Assembly: GCA_964520555.1 (NCBI GenBank)
Contig: CAZFNN010000001.1
Span: 253,858-317,857, forward strand
Source of the DNA: an uncultured Ignavibacteria bacterium
Lineage (GTDB): Bacteria; Zixibacteria; MSB-5A5; CAIYYT01
Direction of reading: 5' to 3'
Length of the DNA stretch: 64,000 nt
The notes below the pieces were generated by a model that worked only from the letters and a program-made list of their open reading frames with translations, was not told where the DNA came from and did no database searches. The stretch's first letter is position 1. Each line of letters starts with the position of its first letter. The translations under genes were made by a program, and so were the position numbers. Below, in pieces: positions 56,511 to 64,000 of the stretch.

Positions 56511-57410
56511 ATGAGTTTCCTGGGTGAAATCCTGGCGTTGACCGCGGCGCTGTGTTGGGCGTTCGGCAGCCTGCTATTCAGCTTCGCCGGCCGGCGTGTC
56601 GGAGCCTTCACGGTCAATGCCGTTCGCATTCCGATTGCCGCAATGGTCTTGGTCTTGATCAGCCTGATCGCCCAGGGCATGATCTGGCCGGCCCGAGCCA
56701 CATCAACGCAGTTTTCCTGGTTGGTCTTTTCGTCACTGGTCGGCCTGGTCATCGGCGATCTCTGCTACTTCAAGTCCCTCGTTATTCTTGGACCGCAGAT
56801 CGCCTCGTTGTTGTCGGCCTCCTCGCCAATCTTCTCGGTGTTCATTTCGTGGGTTGTTCTCAACCAGAGCCTGCGTTGGTACTCCCTGCTCGGAATTGTC
56901 ATCACGCTGGCCGGCCTGACCTGGGTCTCCCTCGAGCGCAATGTCAAGACCTTCGGCGCTCAGGAAAACGGGTCGAAACCGTGGGGGTACTTCCTCGCCG
57001 GGATCGGTGCGGTCAGCCAGACGGTTGGGCTGGTCGCGGCCAAACTCGGTATGCTGGACAACGTGACTGCCTTGAGCGCCGCCACGGTGCGCATGCTGGC
57101 CGCTGCAGTCATGACCTGGATCATCGCCGGGCTCCAGCGGCGAGTCGCCGGTGTCCTGCGCGGCATCGCCGACCGCCGGGCTCTGACGGCGATGTTCGTT
57201 GCGGCCTTCGTCGGCCCGGTCGCCGGCATCTGGCTCTCTCTGGCTTCAATCCAGTACACGAAAGTTGGAATTGCGGCTACCCTGATGTCGACCACGCCAT
57301 TATTTGTTATTCCCCTGGTGATGTTGATCCATCACGAACGACCTTCCGCCCGGGCCGTCATCGGGACCGTCATTACAATTGCCGGGGTCGCCGTGCTGAT
57401 GTTGACATGA
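56511..57410 (+). CDS. EamA/DMT-superfamily transporter
   Basis: Ten TM helices, duplicated EamA halves; 299 aa. Confidence 0.75.
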   Translation: MSFLGEILALTAALCWAFGSLLFSFAGRRVGAFTVNAVRIPIAAMVLVLISLIAQGMIWPARATSTQFSWLVFSSLVGLVIGDLCYFKSLVILGPQIASLLSASSPIFSVFISWVVLNQSLRWYSLLGIVITLAGLTWVSLERNVKTFGAQENGSKPWGYFLAGIGAVSQTVGLVAAKLGMLDNVTALSAATVRMLAAAVMTWIIAGLQRRVAGVLRGIADRRALTAMFVAAFVGPVAGIWLSLASIQYTKVGIAATLMSTTPLFVIPLVMLIHHERPSARAVIGTVITIAGVAVLMLT

Positions 57411-57493
57411 AGATTGACAAATTTGACCGCTGATAGCTTATTACCTGTAACTGTAATCGCAATTGAACAATCCGCGAGCACGAAAGGAGCGCG

Positions 57494-58480
57494 ATGAGCT
57501 GTATGGCGCTTGGTCTCGAATTTGTACTATCGCTGGCGGTGACGCTGTCGCTCGCTGCGGTTTGCTTTGTGCGCGGCGACGACATGCCTCCGACACCGAC
57601 AGAACTCATGGCGCAGGCGGACAACCAGTTTGACGCCCGCAACTTCCCTGCCGCAATCGATCTTTACCAGCAGGCCCTTGAGGGCGCGACCACGATCTCC
57701 GATACCTCGACTCAACTCGAGGCAATGGCGCAGTTGGCGCGCTGCCACCTTACCCAGAATTTGTTTGACGACGCGAAAGAGTGGCTCCGGAAAGCGGAGG
57801 GGTTCGCATCAAAGAATTACCCCGCCGGCTACGCACGCTACCTGGGAGTGCGCGGCCGCCTCGAGTGGCGCGAAGGCCGCAATGACAATGCCCGCGAGCT
57901 TTTTATGCAGATGTATGACCTGAGCAGCGCCCAGAATCTTCCCGCTCGCGCCATCGATGCCTGCCGTATGATGGCCATCGTCGGCACGCCCCAGGAGCAG
58001 ATCGATTGGGGCCGGCGTGGTATTGCCGCAGCCGAGCAAGCCGGATTGCTGGATAACCTCGCGTCACTTTGGAACAATCTGGCGGCCAGTCACGGTGATC
58101 AGGGCGACTACGTGAGCGCCTGTGACGCCTTTCTCAAGGCGCGTGAGTACCACTGGCGTTTCGGCAACGAAGTCGGCAAACTCTATGCGGATTATCAAGT
58201 CGGCTGGGCGCTGCGAATGAAGGGCGACTTCGACCAGGCACTGACGTGGCTACGGCCGTCGCTGGCGTGGGCCGAGCGACTGGGCAATGACGATGTACAG
58301 GCGCAAGCTTGCGAAGACCTCGGTGAGATCGCTTTCGTCCGCAGCGACTTTCATTCGGCCGCTACATATCGGAAACGCGCTTTGGAGCATTTCCTCAAAG
58401 CCGGATACCGGGACCATAGCCCGGAGAAGGTGGCTGCACTTGAGAAGCGAATCAATGAGGCTGAACAGCGGCAGGAGTGA
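57494..58480 (+). CDS. Secreted TPR-like helical repeat protein (hypothetical)
   Basis: Signal peptide, several TPR-like helix pairs; no catalytic motif. Confidence 0.4.
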   Translation: MSCMALGLEFVLSLAVTLSLAAVCFVRGDDMPPTPTELMAQADNQFDARNFPAAIDLYQQALEGATTISDTSTQLEAMAQLARCHLTQNLFDDAKEWLRKAEGFASKNYPAGYARYLGVRGRLEWREGRNDNARELFMQMYDLSSAQNLPARAIDACRMMAIVGTPQEQIDWGRRGIAAAEQAGLLDNLASLWNNLAASHGDQGDYVSACDAFLKAREYHWRFGNEVGKLYADYQVGWALRMKGDFDQALTWLRPSLAWAERLGNDDVQAQACEDLGEIAFVRSDFHSAATYRKRALEHFLKAGYRDHSPEKVAALEKRINEAEQRQE

Positions 58481-58481
58481 C

Positions 58482-59522
58482 TCAGGGGCGGCGCAATTCC
58501 GCCAGTTGCTTGCGAAGCTCTTCCACCTCGGATTTGAGGCGTCTGAGCTCGTCCATGCGCTGCGGAAGGCGGTGAACATGCGCCTCGATCTCGCGGTACT
58601 CGCGAATGGGACGTGCCGGTATTCCACCGTAATCGCCGCCGGAATAGGACTTGGTGACGCCGGATTTGGCGCTGACGCGAGTGCCGCTGCCGATCTCCAA
58701 GTGCCCCACGAGGCCAACTTGACCGGCGAGCACAACATAGTCGCCCAGGACGGTGGAACCGGCAATTCCCACCTGCGCCACAATGATGCAACCCTTTCCG
58801 ATACGGACATTATGTGCGATTTGCACGAGATTGTCGATCTTTGTGCCCGACCCGATGACGGTTTCACTGAGCGCGCCCCGGTCAATCGTGCAATTGGCCC
58901 CGATTTCCACGTCGTCTTCTATCCGGACGCGGCCAATCTGATAGACCTTGTGATGTACACCGGCGTGAGTCGCGTAGCCAAAACCATCGGAGCCGACGAC
59001 GGTACCGGCATGGATCGCCACACGACTGCCGAGCAAACACTCATCATAAACTACAACATGGGGATAAAGCTGCGAATCGTCGCCGATCCGGCAATTGCGG
59101 CCGATGACACAACCTGTCAAAATGCGGCTGCCGTCACCGATTGTGGTGCCCGCTCCGATTTCGACAAAGTCGCCGATATGCACACCGCGGCCGATTCGGG
59201 CGCTGGCATCGACCCGTGCCGAAGCGGCGATGCCGGGCTGAATTTGCGCGCCCGGTGCCGGGTAAAGCAACTTCAGCGCCTGCGCCACGGCAGAGTAAGG
59301 ATCGTCGTGAACCAGGAAATTCCGCTGCTGACCCGCCGGAACCGCCTTGACAATCACGGCCGACGCGCGCGTGGTGTCAAGCCGCGCCGCGTACTTGGGA
59401 TTCGCGATAAATGTGAGCTCGCCGGGGCCGGCCGCCTCAATCGTGTTCAAACGGAGGATTTCGGTCTCGCCGTCACCGATTACGGCGCCGCCGATCCGCG
59501 CCGCCAAATCCTTAAGCTTCAT
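58482..59522 (-). CDS. lpxD: UDP-3-O-acylglucosamine N-acyltransferase
   Basis: N-terminal LpxD domain (MKLKDLAARIGG...), long hexapeptide beta-helix, 346 aa; bamA-skp-lpxD context. Confidence 0.9.
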   Translation of the reverse strand: MKLKDLAARIGGAVIGDGETEILRLNTIEAAGPGELTFIANPKYAARLDTTRASAVIVKAVPAGQQRNFLVHDDPYSAVAQALKLLYPAPGAQIQPGIAASARVDASARIGRGVHIGDFVEIGAGTTIGDGSRILTGCVIGRNCRIGDDSQLYPHVVVYDECLLGSRVAIHAGTVVGSDGFGYATHAGVHHKVYQIGRVRIEDDVEIGANCTIDRGALSETVIGSGTKIDNLVQIAHNVRIGKGCIIVAQVGIAGSTVLGDYVVLAGQVGLVGHLEIGSGTRVSAKSGVTKSYSGGDYGGIPARPIREYREIEAHVHRLPQRMDELRRLKSEVEELRKQLAELRRP

Positions 59523-59524
59523 GC

Positions 59525-60064
59525 TTACTGCGTCTTTTCCAGCTCCTCGAGAACACGGTCGGTGATGTCGAGCTCCTTTTTCGCGTAAGCGATATTGCCA
59601 TTGATGCTGTCGAGAATCATTGCGTAGCCTTCCTGCAGCGCCAGTTTCTCCAACACGGTATTGATCTTGTCAAGCAGGGGCTTGGTCAACTCGGCGTTGC
59701 GTTTCTCGGCGCGCCCGTCGGGGCCGAAGATGTCGTTGGCCAGCTTCTGCCACGTCGCCTTCTTGGTCTCGATCTCGGTCTCGCGCTCTTTCTTTTTCGC
59801 CTCGGAGAGGATCAGCGACTGCTTGGCCAACTCGGCCTCCATCTTCTCAATATCCTTCTGTCCGGTCTCGACCTCGGCATTCCAGGTTTCAACTTCCTTG
59901 TTGAACTGCGCCTGCGCGTCCTGAAACTCCTTGTATTCGAGGCGAATGCGATATGAGTCAATGTACACAATCCGATCCTGGGCTTGCAGCGTCACTGGCG
60001 CTGCGAGAATCGCTGCCAGGGCAATGACAAGAACTGCCATTGTACGAAACACCATTTTCTCCTC
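59525..60064 (-). CDS. skp: OmpH/Skp periplasmic chaperone
   Basis: Signal peptide plus long charged coiled-coil, about 180 aa, located between bamA and lpxD. Confidence 0.8.
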   Translation of the reverse strand, partial: EEKMVFRTMAVLVIALAAILAAPVTLQAQDRIVYIDSYRIRLEYKEFQDAQAQFNKEVETWNAEVETGQKDIEKMEAELAKQSLILSEAKKKERETEIETKKATWQKLANDIFGPDGRAEKRNAELTKPLLDKINTVLEKLALQEGYAMILDSINGNIAYAKKELDITDRVLEELEKTQ

Positions 60065-60084
60065 CATGGGCGAGCTATAACTGT

Positions 60085-62403
60085 TTAGAACGTAGTTCCG
60101 AGTTGGAAGTGTGGTTTCCATTCGGCACCGCTGGGGTTATTATAACCATAACCAAAGTCAAATCCAATCGTCCCGAGTCCCGGAATGACGATTCTGAATC
60201 CGGCGCCGACTGATTTCTTGAGGCCGTCGTAGCGGTCGAGATCGAACGGTTTCACCGCCCGACCTGATTCCCAGGCATTGCCGGCATCGGCAAACAGCAA
60301 AGCGTAGATCTGCTGGCTGACGATCGGCACCTGCAATTCCATATTATATACAATCTCCGAACGCCCTCGCATGTAGCCGCCCCGCGAATTACGCGGACCG
60401 ATCGACGCATCGTCGTAGCCGCGTATCACGCCGTCCTGGTAGGTGCCGCCCGGCGCGAAGCGCTCGCCGTAGGGGATGCCGTCGTAACCATACGGGCTGT
60501 CCACCCAGCCGATCCGAACTTTCCCGGCCAGCACGACATTCCACCATACCCGTAGATAGCGAGCCATATCAAAGATGTGCTTGTGATAGCGGTAATCGCC
60601 ACCCAGCGCCCAGCCGGAGACTTCCGACGACATCTGATGCAGCGATCCTTTGGTGGCGAATTGAGAGAGGTCGCGGCTGTCGCGCACAATTGTCAAGCCA
60701 AGCGTTGATGTCGTCGACCAATCGTTTTCGAAGCGCAACAGACTGAGCGGATCATCTTTATAGCGATCGCGATAGGTCTGGTTGAAATCGTAGTAGCGAA
60801 ACTCTTCGAGGCTATAGCGCAAAGAGGCACGGAAGTAATCGTCCGGCCAGCGCAACCGGCGGCCAATCCGGACGCCGAGTCCCCGCGTCCCTTCGGTCCA
60901 CTCCTCGTCGGTGTACTGAACATTGCGATTGATGCTGAAGACGTCGAAACCCAGAGTTGTTGGCGTATCCAGCAACCAGGGCTCTGTGAAAGAGAGCGAT
61001 ATCGAGTTGCGCCGCGAGCCAAAGGACCAATCCAGATTGACATTCTGGCCCTCCCCGCGGAAATTTGGTATCCCCAATCCCAGCGTGCCAACCAGCTTGT
61101 CCTGGCCGGAATAGCCGGCGCCGGCCTGTATCTGACCGGTGGGCTTTTCTTCCACTTTAAACACCAGATCAATATCACCGTTCGGCAAATTGCGCACGTC
61201 CGGCTCGACATTGCTGAAATAGTTTAGCAACATCACATTGCGCAGGGAGCGCATCAGTGTCGAGCGCTGAAACGTCTGCCCCGGCCGCGAAAACAACTCG
61301 CGACGGATCACCTTTTCTTTAGTTTTCGAGTTGCCCTCGATGAACACCTTGTTGATGTGCGCCGGTACACCCTCGGAGATTTCCAACTCGATATTCAGAG
61401 TCGAATCGACGGTCTGCACATTGTCGATCATGCGGACGTGGATGTAGCCGTCCTCCTGATACACCGAGTACAGGTCGGACATCGACTCTTCGAACTTCTC
61501 CTGATTGTAGACATCCCCCTTCCTGAACTTGATCTGATCCTGCAGCAACTCTGTCTTGTAGATTTCGTTGCCCTTGAACGTCACGTCGCCGAAGTAATAG
61601 CGGTTCCCCTCGTTGACCCGCACGAACAGCACCATTTTCTTGCCGTCCGGGTCGATCGCGATGCTGTCGCCGGTTACGGACGCATCGATGAATCCACGCT
61701 TGCGGTAGAACTCGACGACCTTGTCCTTGTCGTCCTCAAACTGCTCGCGTTTGAATGAACCGGAGCGCAGGAACCCGCCCGCCTTGGTCTTCATTTGGCC
61801 GCGCAGTTTGCCGTCGTCGAAGAACTGATTGCCTTCAAAGTCCACTTGGCGGATCTTGATTTTCTCGTTTTCTCTAATCTTGAACCGCAGCGCCACGCGA
61901 TTGCTGTCGAGCGGCTCCGACTCGGCTTCGACGTCAGCGAGAAAGTATCCCTCCTCGCGGTAGAGCTTCTTGATGACTTCGATGTTATTGCGGATTTGAC
62001 TGGGGCCGACGGTTTGCTGCTCAAAGACCGTGAGCTTCTCTTTGAGCTTCTTGTCCTTGATCGACTTATTGCCCTCGAATTTCATTGCCGCCAGACGCGG
62101 AAATTCGACTACCGTGATTTTGAGGTTGATCCGCCCGCCGCTGAATTCCCCGGCAATTTTGACGTCCGAAAAAAGACCAAGGCCGTACACGCGGCGAATC
62201 GCCTCCTGCACGGCCGTTGACGAAAGCTTGGTTCCGGATGTCAGACCGGCGACGGCGGCGATCAGCGATGACTCGACCGCCGAGTTCCCTTCCACCACCA
62301 CGCTGCCGATTTCGTATGACTGCGCCGCGCTCGGCGTCGCTCCCACCTGCAGCAGCAGAAGGATCAAGCCGATCACCAGCACTGCCCGTGATCTGAACAT
62401 CAC
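60085..62403 (-). CDS. bamA: Outer-membrane protein assembly factor BamA
   Basis: Signal peptide, five POTRA-like repeats, C-terminal 16-strand barrel ending ..FQLGTTF; 772 aa. Confidence 0.9.
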   Translation of the reverse strand: MMFRSRAVLVIGLILLLLQVGATPSAAQSYEIGSVVVEGNSAVESSLIAAVAGLTSGTKLSSTAVQEAIRRVYGLGLFSDVKIAGEFSGGRINLKITVVEFPRLAAMKFEGNKSIKDKKLKEKLTVFEQQTVGPSQIRNNIEVIKKLYREEGYFLADVEAESEPLDSNRVALRFKIRENEKIKIRQVDFEGNQFFDDGKLRGQMKTKAGGFLRSGSFKREQFEDDKDKVVEFYRKRGFIDASVTGDSIAIDPDGKKMVLFVRVNEGNRYYFGDVTFKGNEIYKTELLQDQIKFRKGDVYNQEKFEESMSDLYSVYQEDGYIHVRMIDNVQTVDSTLNIELEISEGVPAHINKVFIEGNSKTKEKVIRRELFSRPGQTFQRSTLMRSLRNVMLLNYFSNVEPDVRNLPNGDIDLVFKVEEKPTGQIQAGAGYSGQDKLVGTLGLGIPNFRGEGQNVNLDWSFGSRRNSISLSFTEPWLLDTPTTLGFDVFSINRNVQYTDEEWTEGTRGLGVRIGRRLRWPDDYFRASLRYSLEEFRYYDFNQTYRDRYKDDPLSLLRFENDWSTTSTLGLTIVRDSRDLSQFATKGSLHQMSSEVSGWALGGDYRYHKHIFDMARYLRVWWNVVLAGKVRIGWVDSPYGYDGIPYGERFAPGGTYQDGVIRGYDDASIGPRNSRGGYMRGRSEIVYNMELQVPIVSQQIYALLFADAGNAWESGRAVKPFDLDRYDGLKKSVGAGFRIVIPGLGTIGFDFGYGYNNPSGAEWKPHFQLGTTF

Positions 62404-62413
62404 TTCCCGTCTG

Positions 62414-62728
62414 TTATGCGACTACGATCTTTGCGACTTTCAGGTCCGTAAAATCCTGACGGTGTCCGCGCATCTTGCGGTATTTGGTGCGGCGCTTCTT
62501 CTTGAAAACCAGCACCTTTTCGCCGCGACCCTGCGCCACCACCGTCGTTTCGACACGGGCGCCTTCGACGTGCGGCTTACCGATCCGGCTCGAGTCGGCG
62601 TCTCCTACCAGCAGAACGCGCTCGATCGCGAAGGCTTCACCCGGCTGCGCGACGTGCATCGGCACCCGAATGACATCGCCTTCCGCGACGCGATACTGGA
62701 GACCGCCGGCCTCAACTATGGCATACAT
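62414..62728 (-). CDS. rplU: 50S ribosomal protein L21
   Basis: MYAIVEAGGLQYRVAEGDVIRV; start trimmed to that Met. Confidence 0.9.
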   Translation of the reverse strand: MYAIVEAGGLQYRVAEGDVIRVPMHVAQPGEAFAIERVLLVGDADSSRIGKPHVEGARVETTVVAQGRGEKVLVFKKKRRTKYRKMRGHRQDFTDLKVAKIVVA

Positions 62729-62963
62729 ATTCTCTGCGTTTCTCCTCTCAACAGTCTCAAAATTAGCCACTTATGATAGTCGCGGCGATCCATTTGTCAA
62801 GGACATTCTAACCTGAGTGTCTCTTCCATCTGACTCTCTTAAAATCTTGTGCGCGTGAAAGTTCCTAAAATCTTCCGCATGCATGCTTCCGGCATCCGGG
62901 GATTCTCACCTCCAAATCGCTAATGTTATTGACCTCACCCGATTTCCGCGTACTTTCAACGAC

Positions 62964-64000
62964 ATGGCGAAGTTCAACCTGGTCTCAAAGTATGAACCAC
63001 GGGGCGACCAACCGGAGGCAATCCGGCGTCTTTCGGAAGGCGTGCTCAATCGCGAGAGCTACCAGACTCTCCTGGGTGTGACCGGTTCCGGCAAGACCTT
63101 TACTGTCGCCAACGTCATTGCCAACATCGGCAAACCGACTTTGGTGATCTCCCACAACAAGACACTGGCCGCCCAGCTTTACGGAGAGTTCAAGTCTTAT
63201 TTCCCTGATAACGCGGTTGAATTCTTCATCAGCTACTACGATTACTATCAGCCGGAGGCGTACGTCCCGTCGACCGACACCTACATCGAGAAAGACACCT
63301 CCATCAACGACAACATCGACCGCCTGCGCCTGCGCGCCACCAGTTCCCTTCTGGAGCGCGACGATGTCATCATCGTGGCTTCGGTTTCGTGCATCTACGG
63401 CATCGGCTCACCATCGGAATACAAGAATCTCCTCGTGCTGCTCCGCACTGGTGAAGAAGTTGACCGCAATCAGATTCTGCGCAAGTTGATCGAAATCCAG
63501 TATACCCGCAACGACATCGACTTTTCGCGCGGCCATTTTCGCGTGCGCGGCGACACCATCGAGATTTTCCCGGCCTATGAGGTCAACGGCGTCCGTGTCG
63601 AACTCTGGGGCGATCAAATTGAACGCATTCGGACATTTGATCCGGTCAGCGGCGAGATCAAGGGCGAGATCGAGCGGATCGCGATCTATCCGGCGCGGCA
63701 CTTCGTCAGCTCGTCCGAGACGGTCCGCAAGGCGATCTTCGGTATCGAGCAGGAATTGCGCGAGCGCCTGGCCGACTTTCGCGAGCAGGGCAAGCTGCTG
63801 GAAGCTCAGCGCCTGGAATCACGCACGCTCTACGATTTGGAGATGCTGCGGGAGATCGGCTATTGCAGCGGCATCGAAAACTACTCGCGCTACTTCTCCA
63901 ACCGCGCTCCCGGCGAACGACCTTACACGCTGATCGACTTCTTCCCGGAAGACTTCCTGTTGGTCGTTGACGAATCGCACCAGTCGATTCCGCAGATCAA
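62964..64000 (+). CDS. uvrB: Excinuclease ABC subunit B (N-terminal 345 aa; continues beyond the window end)
   Basis: Own translation from ATG 62964: [23 protein letters not shown]...[15 protein letters not shown] (Walker A)...[10 protein letters not shown]. Absent from the track because it runs off the edge. Confidence 0.95.
   Translation, partial: MAKFNLVSKYEPRGDQPEAIRRLSEGVLNRESYQTLLGVTGSGKTFTVANVIANIGKPTLVISHNKTLAAQLYGEFKSYFPDNAVEFFISYYDYYQPEAYVPSTDTYIEKDTSINDNIDRLRLRATSSLLERDDVIIVASVSCIYGIGSPSEYKNLLVLLRTGEEVDRNQILRKLIEIQYTRNDIDFSRGHFRVRGDTIEIFPAYEVNGVRVELWGDQIERIRTFDPVSGEIKGEIERIAIYPARHFVSSSETVRKAIFGIEQELRERLADFREQGKLLEAQRLESRTLYDLEMLREIGYCSGIENYSRYFSNRAPGERPYTLIDFFPEDFLLVVDESHQSIPQI

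Noticed and set aside
1-64000. CRISPR arrays, rRNA/tRNA genes, IS elements or transposases, toxin-antitoxin pairs, restriction-modification systems
   Set aside because: No direct-repeat/spacer periodicity, no tRNA-like cloverleaf candidates in the few intergenic regions longer than 100 nt, and no transposase/integrase-like ORFs other than xerC were seen. Their absence is based on visual reading only.

Overview
This is a roughly 60% GC bacterial chromosome segment, with most genes densely packed on the minus strand. The gene content and neighbourhoods are typical of a Gram-negative organism: bamA-skp-lpxD, TonB-dependent receptors with N-terminal carboxypeptidase-regulatory-like domains, and ffh-rpsP-KH-rimM-trmD-rplS-rnhB-yraN. 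It possibly belongs to the FCB/Gemmatimonadota-like lineages, but that is an inference. The window holds, in order: (i) a polysaccharide biosynthesis/export locus (2-epimerase, aminotransferase, acetyltransferase, Wza-like exporter) abutting xerC-hslVU-topA; (ii) a long housekeeping block (rpoZ-gmk-yicC, rqcH-like, ffh to rplS, rpsU-yqeY); (iii) an accessory-like stretch with two riboswitch-controlled outer-membrane uptake operons. One is a cobalamin riboswitch driving a BtuB-like TonB receptor plus a secreted beta-propeller that ends in a dockerin-like repeat pair. The other is a TPP riboswitch driving a TonB receptor, an SSS-family (ThiV-like) permease and a DUF456-like membrane protein. This stretch also contains a tandem peroxiredoxin pair in which the second copy has lost its catalytic cysteine, a MarR-GNAT fusion regulator, a GAF-PP2C phosphatase, an EB_dh-like lipoprotein, a short low-GC islet and a DUF1015-serA-serC cluster. 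The window ends with the bamA-skp-lpxD region and the start of uvrB. I see no CRISPR array, rRNA/tRNA gene or obvious transposon or prophage. Motif coordinates read off the printed sequence may be off by about 1 nt; CDS coordinates follow the supplied ORF track, and I trimmed starts where homology or an opposite-strand feature argued for it.
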